Source of the DNA: Antedon mediterranea
Lineage: Eukaryota; Animalia; Echinodermata
Assembly (NCBI RefSeq): GCF_964355755.1
Contig: NC_092672.1
Location: forward strand, 6,572,001-6,636,000
Direction of reading: 5' to 3'
Length of the DNA: 64,000 bases
Positions 1 to 15,000 of this stretch are shown piece by piece. The position numbers and the translations under genes were made by a program. The notes under the pieces were generated by a model. That model saw only the letters and a program-made list of their open reading frames with translations, searched no databases and had not been told where the DNA came from. Numbering within the stretch: the stretch's first letter is position 1; each line of letters starts with the position of its first letter.

Positions 1-3000
1 AGAACACCCGCAAGCACTCATTGCGCCATACTCTTACAAAACTTGTTGGTGTCGTAAACCGATCCGGTGTAGTAAGCAGCAAGCCTTGACATACTCGAGA
101 TAAGTCACGCAAGTTGAAGATGTAGTGGAACTTTGACGGTGTTGGTGGTAGATCTATAATGATCTGTTTGTAGAGGTCTAGAGTGGCTTGTGTGATCTTT
201 GGTGCAATTTCCTGAATAGGTTCTTCAAACGACTGCAGATGACCAGATAAGATGGAGCTGTAGATGTTCTTGAGGGAGTCGTCTGATGGAAAAGTGATGT
301 TGAAAACACTGAAAAGTGAGATGAACCGTGGGTCAACTTCGTTACGTCCACCTCCAGCCTATACAAAATATAAGTAAGTGTTCTTAATAATATAAAAAAT
401 TATTGCACCCTTGAATAACAATGTTTTCATGATTGAACAATTTTTGACACAACTAAATATTAACCAATAATGCATACCTTTCCCATGGAAGCAATGTATC
501 CAATATCTCTGATATACTTCATGATAAGATCCTTGCCTCTGTCATACATTCCACCTTTCTCAAGTAGCAACTTCAACAATGCAATGGGCTGCTGGGTACC
601 ATACTCATCAACCTACAGAAAAATAAACACATACTGTTGTTTACATTCTAAGGGCAAAGAGTCCCCAAATGAGAAACTAACCTCTAAGTAAAGGAAAGAT
701 AATGGCTTAAAGTTCAGGATACACATCCATAATTACAGTGGCCTTGTTGTCAATCATATTTTACCTGAGGCATGTTCATATCATCCATAAAGACCAAGAG
801 ATGCTTGCCCGGTGGTGGCCCATATGTGTCTTTAGTACGCTTTTCTACATTAGCCTCCAAATTTCTCTGTAAATCCATAGAGGTTGTTCTGGATGAAAAG
901 TTGATGTTCAAAATTAGCTGAGAAAAAAAACAATATGTTAATGAATGGAAACAGCAATGTATGTTTTGGGACAACATTCAATGGACACTCTTATTCAGGG
1001 GACTCTTTTTTGGGCCCTAAACAGGGACATCATTATTATATTTGCAAGACATATTTACATGTGCATCTTGATCCATGTTCCTTAGGAAGTCCTGAATGGT
1101 GGCAGTCTTGGAAGTTCCAGTATCTCCTACAAACACAACTGGATGTTTGATCTTTGTCATCATCTCAAGCAGCCAGGTGCTGCGGACTGTATCCACGGTT
1201 GGCACCAGAATCTCATTAAACCTTCTGTCTGGGTCATGGATGTACTTTGGTACCAGACGATTCCATGGGATCCACTGGTAAAAGGGAAAAAATATGATAC
1301 CGATAGCTATTTTATTCACAGTAAGGAGTTTATTTTAATTCAATACAAACATGAGATTATTTATACCAGTTTGAACTAGTAATTGGTCCACTGGTTCCAC
1401 AGTAAACCAATTATAGGCCTGTTAAACACTCAGTAACAGGCCTGTTTTGTTTAGGACCATATATATATGATAACTAGTAAATTTTAATTCGGGCCAATTA
1501 AAAAACAGGTGTATATGTTTAGATTCAATCTGTTAGTGGCGGTTTCATCGCTGTTGGTTGACAACTAAATAAAATTTAAAAAAAAAAATAAATAAATAAC
1601 CTTAAGGAGGACGCCTGAACCATAATTTAGAGAAAAATTGCCTTTGATAAAAGCAGAAAGAAATAGAGCAACCATAATAGCGAAAGCTAGATATTCTTAC
1701 CAGACGTTTATCTCCATCAAAGAAGTACTCAAACAGCGTGTCATACTGAGCCGGTATCTCCCCTGATTTTGCATCAACACCTTCATCCGTCACTGAAGTC
1801 ATAGAAGCAAGATACTTAATGAAGCCGTCAAATTTTACTCGGCCATCTTCCAGGAGTCCAGCACCAAGAGACCAAGTCAGAGCCTGGAGGAAATGTGCTT
1901 CAATAACATCACTCTCAAGGTTTTCTTTGTCCAAGACCGCATCTAACATTCGACTTAGTTGAGTAACCTGAAAATAATCATAAGTTATGATACACTAAAT
2001 GCCCATGACTTGTCTGATGTTGTATATCAATGTATTAGTTTACAATATAGTTCTTTATAATTAAAAGTACAAAAAAGTCTGATGTGCCCAAATATGGTAG
2101 TAATATGACCAAATGGTAGTGATATGACATCATCATGTCCATATCATCATCATCCCATCACATTCTTTTGTCACCCAAATGTTGATAGTGTAAACAGAGC
2201 TTAATACAAAATATGAATAAAATATTCTTCATACCATATTGAGTGTTGTCAATGGCACAATCGTCTTTAGTTTTTCTCCTTGCTTGCCATCCACAATCCC
2301 TTCAACGATCAGGTCAAGTGCTGGAGGAACATACTTGTTAAACAATCTCATCAGATCCTCTTGTTCCTTTTTGTTGGATCGACTGTTGACCCATTTGGTC
2401 CAGTAGGGGTGGTACCCAAGATTTTTGGGGTCCACATAGACCATACCACAACGGGATACAGTTGCAGGTGAGGCATATTGAAGATCAGAAACCTAAAAAT
2501 AGATTATACTGTATTATTAATGTTTATTAAAAATATAGTATCTTGGTATTACTGTAGATCACCACCTGTATACAATTAGGTTATTATTAACATGCATCGT
2601 TTTTGCATGAAAAAGTTTGTTTGAGATTTAAACAACAAACTTGTTGTCTTACACTACAAGGTGGCCTATCCCTAGTGTTGTAAATATATAGTAGGACATT
2701 TCATAAAGGGAATTTTAATTAAGTTTTATGGCTTTAAACATGAAAACATTTAGCAAGGAAATTTTGTGTCACCTCAAATAAAAGAGCACAGTGTTTCTGA
2801 AGACGAATTCTCTCTCCATTTGCTAATGTTAGCAGTCTGTTGTCATCCATAACAGAGTTCATGTTCTCCACCCATAGGGCATCAACATCACCATCAAACA
2901 GAATATACTTTCGCTCATTCTTGTCTGTTGGTTTGTTGATGTCTCGGAAGATATTTGACAAGAGACCGTCAGTCCAGTCACGAGTCACAGGGTCTAGGAT

Positions 3001-6000
3001 ACCGTAAAGCTCAATTACGGTCATTGCTTTTGGGTTCATTATATAGATTTTTGTATTTAAACCAAGTCTGAAAAAAAAAAAAAATAAATGTAATGGTTGA
3101 TAATTTGTAACATGTTAAAATACAATTGTATCACACCAACACCTAGAATTGCAGTAACATGCATGCAAGTTATATATGAATACCGTAACACCACTAAAGC
3201 GCTTACTTTGTTTGTGACTGTGCCAATGTGTTGATGACAACAGATTTGCCTCCACCAGTTGGACCTACAATCATTGTGGTGTGCCTTGTTAACATAGTCT
3301 CGTACATCTGAACAACTTTATCAACCTATGAATCAAAATAATATTGTAATGAAGAAAACAATACCAAATTCATCTGGTTTTTACTAAACAATTACAAGAT
3401 CAAAGAGCTAGATTAACAAAGAACTGGATTTAACGCTTAAACCAAAATCTAACCTAAATCAATTCTTTACCAAACCAAGACTAATAATAATTAAACCTCA
3501 CTATAAAGACAGGTTACAATGTGTTGTCCTACAAAGACTCCGAAATAACCATACTGTACATATAAGCTTTATGTCTGAATTACTTACTTAATAGTGGACT
3601 ACTGTAAATGCGTAAGCTACACCATTATAACCATGTCCAACATTAGCCAGTTATTTGTTAGGACATTATTGCAATTGACACACCATACCTGATCTGGAAG
3701 CAGCACATAGTTATTCTCTTCCAGAACTTGCTCCACAGCATCATTGAAATTAGGATAACGAACACGAGGACAATCTAGGCCTGGGAACAGATCGGAGATC
3801 AAGCCAAGGAACAGCGGCACATCCTCAAAGACAAACTTGGGTAAATTCATATCACGAAGAGCTCGCATTAACACCACATTCTGCAAATAATAAAAGAAAA
3901 ACATATTTACCATTTACACATTGGAACACTATCAAACTTGTTTGACAAAAAAAGTGCGATGTGCCCAAATATGGTAGTGATATGCTTAAATATGGTAGTG
4001 ATATTGACATCATCTCTTACCTCTGGCAGATCTGGAGAGCCTCTCTTCAGTTCACCAGCCATGACCAGTACAGACTTTAGAGCTCTCAGACCAAAATCAT
4101 AATGATATTGTTTGGATAACTGTTCCTTTGCTAGCTTGTATAAAACAGTCATCTTTTTGGCCAACACCTAAATGCAAAAAAACATAACATTTGTAAAATA
4201 CATGTTCAACTTTCTACATACAGTGACGGTGGATGTCCAACCGCCAGATTAAGACTTTAGCCTCTCTAATACAGTGGCGTATCCAGGATTTTGAAGTTGG
4301 GGGGGGCCGGGAATTGCCAATTTGCCGACAAAATTGGTGTCATTATCTGTACATACACGACGTCTCTGATCAATATGTTCTAGGATTACATAGTCATATT
4401 GTCTTATATGGGATAACGATGCAAAATTAAAACCAAACCAACATTATCTGTTAGTATGTTGTATTCATATTACAATAAAGAAAGAATTAGGAAAATCTCA
4501 CTTGTAGTTTTCGAAATATAGGGTCTAAAACATGGCCGAAAATGATAGTTTTTAGCCACGAAAGAAGTAAAACAATTTGCGGCCTCAGTCGACAATTCTA
4601 TTAACTACGCCATTTTTGGTTAAAATAATTACATATAATTACGTTTTTTAGTAATTTATTTTATATATCACCATTGGAAATATCAATAAAACATGTTATT
4701 AAATGCTTATAAAATATATAAAGTTGTTTACTTAACGGAATTCGGACAAATTCATTTCTCTAACTTTGTGTAGTAACGATCAGAGAGATTCATGGTACAC
4801 GCGCGAGAGAAAACATTCCGCTGCGGGTGATTCGCATCCACCAATCAAATCAGCTAGAATCCTAAATCATTCAACCGTGAGCAATGCCAATCGCGAGAAA
4901 GCTCAGCTTTGATTGGCTTACGATGACATCATATCACAAAATGGTGGTTTTGTAGTTGAGCCTCACGGAATATTCTGTTCCAAAAATGAAATACATGGAT
5001 ATTTCTTATGGTATATGTGCTTTTTCTTTAAAAATTTTGAATAATAAAGGCCTCATATCGAGAAAAAAAAACCGGGTTTTTGGCACTTATAATAAATATA
5101 TCTTAGACAAAAAAGCACATGGCATGTGGAACTATATAATCTCTTAGCGTAGGAAGACATACAAATCTCAGGTCATGAGAGGCTCAACTGCATGCAAAAA
5201 AAAGGTTTTAGGGTAAGGTCAAAGACTTTTGAGTAAACAATCTACCGCGTACGGCCGTACGTACGTGCTACACATTTTTAACGTGTTTCGTTAGATGAAA
5301 ATAAAAAATAGTTGATCTGAAGGGATCAATGATATGATATGTAAATAAACAAACACTCAAAAGAATTATGTTTACAGTTCAATTATTGTCAGAATAAATA
5401 GTTTATTTTTTTCCCCGGCACCTTTGTTTGCCGACGGCCGCGATGATGTGCCGACGGAAACGAAATCAGGGGGGGCCCGGGCCCCCCCGGCCCCCCCGGC
5501 CCCCCTACTGGATACGCCACTGCTCTAATATAGTTTCTTTTTTTATTAATGCTGTAGCTCATACAAGTTTAGGACCCACCTTTTTATTTTATACCTACAG
5601 TATTTCTTTACACTAATATAAAATTTAATTAATATACCTTTGCATAAAGGAATCCCTCAGAAAATAACATAATCTCACAGATTTGATTGAGATCTGGTAC
5701 AATGACAACAACTGGTCTGAACAGGGCTTTAACAGACTCTGGCAGCTCAGTTCTCCCAGCATAACCTGGGTTCATTGTGATGAAAATACCCATACGATTG
5801 TCCATTGTTATTTCAGCACCTTCAAACTATAAATAAATGTATATATGCAGTGTTATTAAACCAGGTCACCTATAAAACCGTGCTCAATGCACACATACAT
5901 TCACAGCGTACTGTTTGATGACAGAGAATAGATTATAAAGCATGCAGAAGATAGAACTGTAATATTATGTTGATTGTAATCACAATAACAAAGTTAAAGC

Positions 6001-9000
6001 TAAATACATCTCTGTTAAAATGTTATATTTTTTTATTTTGTTTCATAGGAGGCAGGTTTACTCACATGGAATTTTTTAAGGTTGTGAATGAGGGCATTTC
6101 TAATAGTCTGAATCTGTGATGAGATTACAGACAAGACAGAGACATCAATCCGATTAAACTCATCAAAACATCCCCAAGCACCACACTGAGCAAGACCAGA
6201 AAAGATCTTTCCAACAGCCTAGAAAAAGAAAGAAATGGAAATATCAGTATATGCCTGGAAAAAATAGCTACATTGGTTTTCGAAAAAACTGCTCAAACTT
6301 GTTGGTTATACTTTGGTATACCTTATAATCCATGCCCTCTCCACAGTTTGTGACCACACACAGAAGACCAAGAGCTTTGGCTAAATCCTTGGTTGTCTCA
6401 GTTTTTCCTGTACCAGCAGGACCAGCAGGGGCACCACCAAGTTGCATTGACAAAGCCTACAAAAATAATAAAGAGTAATACAATTTCATATACTGCATAA
6501 AAGGCAGCATTGCTTTCATATTTTTCAGGATTTAGGATTGTATTATGCCTAGCATATGGATAATGTCTTATTCAATTGCATATATAGTATTTTGATATAG
6601 CAATTTCATTATATTTATTACCTGTGTTAGTGTGAGGTAGATTCTGTCTGTCAGCGGAGTAATAACAAGTCGGCCGTTAAGGCCCATGTACTCGTAACCA
6701 TAGCCAAACGTTCCAGTACACTGTCGGATGTTTAACTCGTCTGGGTCACGATCCCAAAAGAATCGTAACTGGCTCTCCCACTCAAACTCACGCTCATTAA
6801 GGATACTAGAAGGACAAGATGAATTAAAATAAAAACAGAACCATTTTAAGGAATTCAGTGAAAAAAAATTCAGGAGATACGATATCATACAACACTTATA
6901 CTGCAAAATATGTTTTTTTTTAAATTAATTTTATTTAGTTTTTAATTCCAATTTATTTAGAGAGGGCAATCCTACCAGCTGAACCTGCAGGCCAGCTGAT
7001 ATCCATGGGACCTCTGTCAAAGTATAAACAAATTTACCTGTCCCTAACAAATCCATCAATGATGTCTCTTGCATGAACATCAATAATTAGCACTGCATTG
7101 AACTTTGACCGGTCATTCTTGGATAATGGTGATCTCACCTAAAATATAAAGACAAAATCTGAGTTTTAAAACCCTATTACTCTTACTCTATCAGCAATTA
7201 GGCAAAAACCTAATATAAAAGGCGTTTTTTAATAGGGTGTCCGCATATCAAGCAGAACATTATTAGAGAGTCCCAACTTGAGAGACGTATCACTTGCCAA
7301 TAATTTCTCATCCATTTACAGATCTAAAATGTTTGTTTATTTTGTAATTTTATATCTACCTGAACAACCAGACCATCAATCTGTTTATGCATCTTTTTAG
7401 CGTATGTCTTCATTGCCATCTTATCTCCTAGTTTCACTTTGTTGAACACGTCAGCTACCTCCCACGTCCACCAAACCTGATTGGCAGCTAGCACCACCAT
7501 ACCTTGGTACAAGTACATCCACTCAACCCTAAAATAGTTATTACATATATTTAGAAATGAAATTACGGTACTAGATAAATGCGATCAAGCCATGCATATT
7601 ACATGGGTCCATGTCTGAGCTATATTGTTTGTATCATTAGGCAAGACACCTTACTCTGTGATGTAGGTTAGTAGGTTGTACATATATTGCACATGTGCAC
7701 ACAATATAGATTTAAATACACTTTTAAAAATGAGTATGGTGTGCATGGTCCTGGACCTTGAGAGGAAAACAGTCTTGAAGTAAAGAGGTCAGTCAGTAAT
7801 TCAATCTTGTCCTGTTGACATGTCTATGTTAATCATCTCTAATAACTAATAACATTTTCTCAGTTCAAATATACCTTGTTTTGCCATCACAATACTTGAA
7901 AATAGCCTCTTTAGTAATGAGCCTGTTAGTCTTCCTCATCTCAGCCAGGACACCAGTCATCCAATCCTCCACACGACCTTCAGCTGGCACATTCTGCCTA
8001 AACATCATCTGCTCACCTTCTGCAGAGTTCATTGCTATTGCTAGGGTTTCACGGTTATTGCCTTGTTGAAATTGAAGTGATGCTATGTTGTCAAACATCT
8101 GGTATTAAAATAAATGGTAGTTATAATGAAATGAAATAATCTTAATATTTATTATCACAACTACTACTACTACCACCCACCACCAACTCATAGTCTGTTT
8201 CTATTGAGCAGGGTAATACAGTTTTTTAAATAATAAAACAATTATTTATGACAAACTGCCAAAATTGGTTATGAAGAATATATTAATAGAAACAGGCACT
8301 TAATAACTGATGCAGAATTTCTTGCTCCTTTGGGGTACAATTTACCTTGATCATATGTTCCTGGACACACGATGGATCACTGCTACCCAGAATAGACAAC
8401 AGTTCATCATCGGAGATAAAGAAGAATCTAGGAAAGGCATTCCTCTTTGAGTCTAGGTAGTCATTAAGACTCTTCTGACATTTCTCAAGACCACTACTGA
8501 TCATCTCCAGATCTTGTAGTCGATTGGTCACATGGCATGCATCCTTAATCTTTGGGTTGTTTGCAGTCTCATGCATAATCTGTAAAGAAATGTAAAGATA
8601 AAATGATAAATTAACAATTTTTATTTCATGACATAAGAGATTCATCAATGTGAGTAAAATTGGTGAGAACAGTATCGTATAAAGTGCTGCCCAATATCAT
8701 ATTTACAGAGTTCATTCTTGATTACATAACAGGATATATGCCCTGTATAAACTGAAATATTCCTGTGGAAAGTATTTAGCCAAAAAAATTTATGTAGAGA
8801 ACTTGAAAAAAAATGGAACCTTTTTGAACATCTTATCAATACTGTCAAACTTCTTGGCTTCTTCTGGCAATTGGGATCTAATGTCACCACCAATAAAGAT
8901 GCTCTCCAAATACATCCACTTCCGTTGGACTACCAACCAGACCTGTAGAATGAAAAAATGCCATTAGTAATCTGATATTTTGTAAAGTTATTTGCAAAAT

Positions 9001-12000
9001 CAAAATATGGCATGGTAAAACAAGAATTGTTGAAGAAAATTCCCTTACCTCAAGGACTTCTCCAATCAGGGAAAGACTTTTCTCCCAAGTCTGGACAGTG
9101 CTGAGAAACGGTCCAATAAACCTAGAAGCCGACATGCTCTGAAGGTTCATGGCATTGTCATCTAGAATCTGCATGACATCATCTACCGCACCAAGGATCT
9201 TTCCTCGCTCCTGTGTGCCCTTCATGTACGCCATTACGTTAAATTTCATGTGATCCCATGTGTCATTGACCTCTTTGATACCCTGAAAATTAAGAGAATA
9301 ATTAAAAAAAATAATTTTAAAGATAAACTTTTACTTCCATATGGGAACATATTTTTATTCTGTGTAGTTCAAGCAATTTAATTTCCTCTTGTAGGATGAA
9401 TACATGCTTTAAAATCTTGAAAGAATACAGTATAGAATACCAAGCTATGTTAGTCTTACCTTCTCTATACTAAGCTCTTTCGATGCACTGGTTACAATAT
9501 CACCAATTACTTCTTTGAAGTTGTGGAGCTCCATAGCAAAGAGATTCTCCAAAGTGAAAGTTTCAGGATTCATATCAAAAGCTTTACCCGTCTTCTGCAT
9601 TAGTTCTTTCCAATGCCTAAAGATGCAGACAACATTTTTTTTGTATATCATTTTATTTCCAAAACAAAAGGAACTACTTTTAACTATACGGTAGATATCA
9701 AAGGGATCATCACACAAAATCATGAGATTTAAAAGAGATGTAAAAAAATTCTTTATGACGAACTCCCTCACACACCACTGAACTACTTTTTACTGTATTT
9801 ATAGGCATTTTTATTTATTAAACTAGTTTATCATTATGTTATTGTATATTATATGTACAGTATGTTATAATGTGGAACAGATTGAAATTGAAGTATATAC
9901 AAGTATAATATGCCACCTACCTTTCTCTCAATGCTTCATTTTTCAAGTCAACAAACAGCGGAATAGAGTCTTTGAACTCTTTCATACGCCCTTCCACCAT
10001 CCTTGATGTAGGTGTGTTCTTGACATCTCGAGGAAGCTTCTTGAGAGACTTGATGAATCCATCGATACCCTCAACAAGGTGACCTACATTCAGATTTGCC
10101 CAAAGGGTCTGAGCCCACTCTTCCCTAGCAGCCTAAAGCATATAGACATGTAACATCAATATAACAATACAGTAAGTGTTTAGTAATAATAGTGACCTGT
10201 GTATTAATTTTGCAATACTGATTACCTCAAGTGGGGTTCTAAAGAGGAATAAGTATCAAACAACCAAAGTAACTAAGTAATAAAGTAATCAATAATGGGT
10301 AAAATGAGAAACTATAATTATGAAAACATACCTTTTGTTCCTTGTAGATGGTATAAATTTGATCTAATCCATTCATCTCTTTCTGAACTTGCATCAGTTC
10401 TGTGTATGACGTGATAGGTAGATCAAACAGCTTCTCAGCATTGGCCAACTCCTGTCTGTCTCTATCATAGGCAGCCACCTCTTTCTTATATTTTTCAAGT
10501 AACTCAAGACCTAGTGTGACCAAAATACTTCAGTTTAGCCACTTTCAGATTGAATACAAGTACAGCAGGCACTCAGACCTGCCAACTATACATAAAATGC
10601 AACATAACAAGTTTATATCATTTAGGAGAGTGAAGATGTGTATGCGCCATACCTTTATCGAGATCATTGCCAACAGCACCAGGTCCTTCCATCTTAAACT
10701 TATCTTGGAAGTTTGCCAGTTCCTTCCCAAATCCTCCAATCTGGGTGAGTGTAATCTATAGAAAAGTATCGGAAACATCCAAGTTACAGAGTGAGATATT
10801 GGAAATTAAATGTTTCCCTATGTACAGTTTTAAACACTTGATTGGTGCACTTGGATAATTAAAGATCTGTGACTTACCTCTGTAAACTTCCTCTTGACAA
10901 TTATCAGACTAGCATCTACATGTTTTGACTCCAAGAAAAGGTCATGCCACATCTGCATGATCCTGTTGCACAACTCTGTCTCTTCTTCAGTGACTGCAAT
11001 GTCATACATTCCTAGCGTACGATACCTCTCGATAATGTCAGTGATACGAAGCTCGACCTCCAGAGACATGTCCCTGATGTCAGCGATGATCTTCAGGACA
11101 AACTTTAGGTCTTCAAGGGTTTCTGGTGACTTCTTTAGGTCAGAACCTAGAGTCTAATATAAAAAAGTTTTTCAACATCACCATCATTTTTGCTTTTTAC
11201 AAAAGATACCCAGAGGTCTCTATTACTTATGGACTGTCTGCCGCATTAAGTGTAAATAATAGTTAAATTTACCTCAAGTGTTGTCTTTAGAATAAAAAGC
11301 TCCTCTTTTGCAGAATCATTAAGCAGCTTTCCAAGAGACTCAACCCACTTCTTAGCATGTTCTTCAATGGTACTGGCAAGAGGAGCAATGTTGAGCCGAA
11401 TACACTCCTGGTCCTTGATCATTAGTTGAACATTAACCTGTTTTAAAACATCACAACTGGTATTTAAAAAAGGGAAGGTAGGGAAAGACACATTTTCATT
11501 TCAGGTTGGGAAGCACATCAATTTACCAGCATCACAGTTTATGTGTGTATACAGATATTTAATAATTAAAGACAAACTACCTCTTTGGCCAAGTTGTTAT
11601 AGAACTGCAGTTTCTCATCATACTGGACACAAGACGGTTTCTTCAGAGCAAATTTATCAAGCATTATGGTTTTCTCAAGCTTCCATAGAGGTCGATATCT
11701 CTTCCACCTTGAGGAAAAAAAAAGTCAAATTGAGTTGGAAAACAAAATAGCTGTTAACTCTGTATTTGTGAGTATAAGAGGAAACCTGCAGGAAAATGTT
11801 AAGTAAATGTTTTTTTTAACACTAATTTTGTTTTTAAGAGCAAGGAATAACAGTAGTTGAGCGGTTAAGGCAGGGATACCGCAAACCATAGCAATAAAAA
11901 TAGCACAGTTTCAAGGCTATCTCCTCATCCAATGTTCTAGTGGTAGAACAAGATGACTGTGCACATTTGTTGTCTCTAAAGAACCAAGCGCATCTTTCGG

Positions 12001-15000
12001 AAAAGAAGACACCAGTGTAATGGTCCATCTCAACACCTGTTGTGATAGATCGAAGGAAGAATTCTTATCATACCTGCTGAGGTATTTATTTATGGAAGTT
12101 AGTGTCTTCTGCATGTTGCTAGAGATGTTCATAACAAGCTCAAGAATGTTAGGGTCAACTCCAATGTCCCTGCTAAAGCTGAACACAAATGGTTCATCTT
12201 CTCCATCAACTATCTGTGGTGGCGTTTCAATACAGGTACCATTCATCCAACGTATGAAATTCTTGGATCTACAAAAATAGGTGTATTCAATTAAAAAAAT
12301 AAATTTCTTGAGAAAAAAAACTGTGTAAAACAATAACTTAAATCCTGACAATTTAAAAGAGCTGAAGTTGAACGAAATGATGTAAGGACCATTGAAGACC
12401 TGTATAAACATGTACAAATAAATATACTGTATCTATCAAAAACGTGTAAAATGAAGAGTACAAGAATTACATTAAATGAGTATTTGATAATAATAATACT
12501 TAGTTTGATGTTATTTTTTGTTAGCATGGTGACATCCCATAATAATAATAATAATAACTTACATATCTACACAATCACGCACAGACTGCATGCTGAGCTT
12601 GTAGATTTCATTGACGGCTGGAGTCAGGATAATCTCAGGAGCGGACAGCATTGCCTCAATTTGGAAGATGAGGTTGTTACTTGAGACAGCTGTATTGAAT
12701 TCGTTCAGACTGCGCATGATAAGCTAAAAGAAATAAACAACCAATATATTTTATGAATCATACAATTAGTGAAAACAGATAAAATTTTAAACAAAGGCAC
12801 TATGTTAAGCCTTGTCTACATTATCAAATGAGTTTGACAATAAAAATGTGATTTGCCCAAATAAGGTAGTAATATGCCCAAATATGGAAGTGATATGACA
12901 TCATGTTCATATATGAGCACATTTTTTGTCACATCCAGTTTGATAGTGTAGACAGAGCTTTATATGTTATAGGTACAGTACATTAACCAACAGCAATGTA
13001 CATTGTACAATTAGCTGGTATGCACTTTCAGTCCCGGATCAGACTATCTCTAGCCTATCAATATACTTGTTGTTGTTGTTGTTTATTAGTTTACTTAAAA
13101 TTATTAGTTTACAAACCCTAATCGTTTACTTAACATTGCACATGATAATTCAACTGACAATTATATTAAACTTTGGCATTATGTAAATGTGGCCAGTTGC
13201 TTTTCACATTCAGCTGAACGGACAGTGACTTACTGATGTTAAGGTATCATACACTCTCCTTTCCCAATAGCGATAATAAGCATGAAGCCTTGGTGACCTG
13301 CCAGTGTTTGTGTGGACAACAAGACCTTCCATCTTGGTTAGGAGTGGGCCTATTGCACGGTATTTTACTGCAAGATTCTCAACAACATGATTGCGATCTC
13401 TTTCAACATGGTCAAAGTATTCCTGTCAAATGAAAATAAGTAAAAAAAAAATGTTTAATAATTTAATTATTTAATAATAATAAAGAAAATATTTTATCAA
13501 TCATAACATATTTTTGATTTTCATTTTTAATTAGCATTTGCAAAGTTTGTCCAATTGAAGTTATGTTCATCGCAAGTCCAGATTCTGGTTAGACCCGAAA
13601 AAATATGAATGAACAAATTGGGTGTGTGTATTTAGAAATAGTATGGTTCACATTAACCCACTGTACAAAACGTGTGTATGATGAAAGAAAAGGATTATCT
13701 TCTTCAATCACTTAATAAAATCTGGGTTCAATGTGAATATACAATCTTTAATTGTTTTCTTTGTTAGTAATTGTAATTTGAAAATTCTAAGGACTTCTAT
13801 ACCTTGCAACCAGGTAATGTTTGACCAGGTTTCATCAGTGGTCCTCTGAACAGGTTAGCTTCTAAAATAACATCTAATCTGGTATCAATATCTTTAGCAT
13901 TCTTCTGAATCTGGTTAACCAGAGACTCAAACTTTGCGATGGCCTGACCGCACTTAACGATGTAATCATAGATGCCGAGTGAATTCCAATTGAGACGTCG
14001 GTATCCTGGTTTGAGTGTGCGCCTCAGGTCTTTCATATGATCCTCTAAGAGTTGTGTCTCTGCGTTGTTGAGAGATGCGATGACGGCATGGTAACGATCA
14101 AGCATGTGTTTTAATCCATCATTCCATCTAAGGTATTTATCATCCTGATTGCAAGAAAGAAGAGAATACAAATTAATAATAAGAATAAAAACAATTAAGA
14201 AATGTTAAATCAGTCCGACAAACTGCCATCACAAACTACTATATTCAGTTTTTTTACTGGCCGCATTAAATTGGTTGGTTGGTCAAACAAATAATCATGA
14301 GATATTATGTACAGGGCATCCAATGTCCCTTGCCAAAAAGTAGTGACAACGCAATACGATTGGAAAATGTTAAAATACAGCAATTGTTTTGAGATTAAGC
14401 GTGGTTTCCACTAGCGACGCAACACAAGGACATAACGCAACGCAAGTGAATTGACCAATCACAAGCGATGGCTTATTCGCTTGTGATTGCTAACTGTCTA
14501 TAACTTCGCTTGTCATTGGTTAAAACGCTTGCGTTGCGTTTACGTCCTTGCGTTACGTTCTAGTGGGAACGAAGCTTAAAATACTGTATACAGAGTATCA
14601 TGCACAATACAGAAAACAAATAGCTAGTGGCAAATATTTAAAAGCTCATTCTGGATGAAAGGCCTTTATAAAGCTATAAAGAACTTTATTGTACGCAATA
14701 GGACATTTTGTATCTAACCTGTAGAGCGACATTACGAGGCAGTTCTGGAATTGAAAATCCAAGGTGTTCAAGATGTTTGGTCTCAGTGATAATTTCAGAC
14801 AGTTCTGGTGCAAAATCTACAACATATTTTAGTTCTAATGCTGTAAAACAAAAATAAATAAAATCCATTTAAACTGGATCTTTCTATTGTACTGTACTGT
14901 GTCTACATGTACAACAATAATGAGCGACCACTTTTCTGTGGCACAGATGACCTTTAAAACTATTCCTGTACATTTGGAGGTATGTCGATAAAGTAATTCT

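Noticed and set aside
5428-5616. Proline-rich 62-aa ORF
   Set aside because: Translation of the C/G-run subterminal region of the hAT element.
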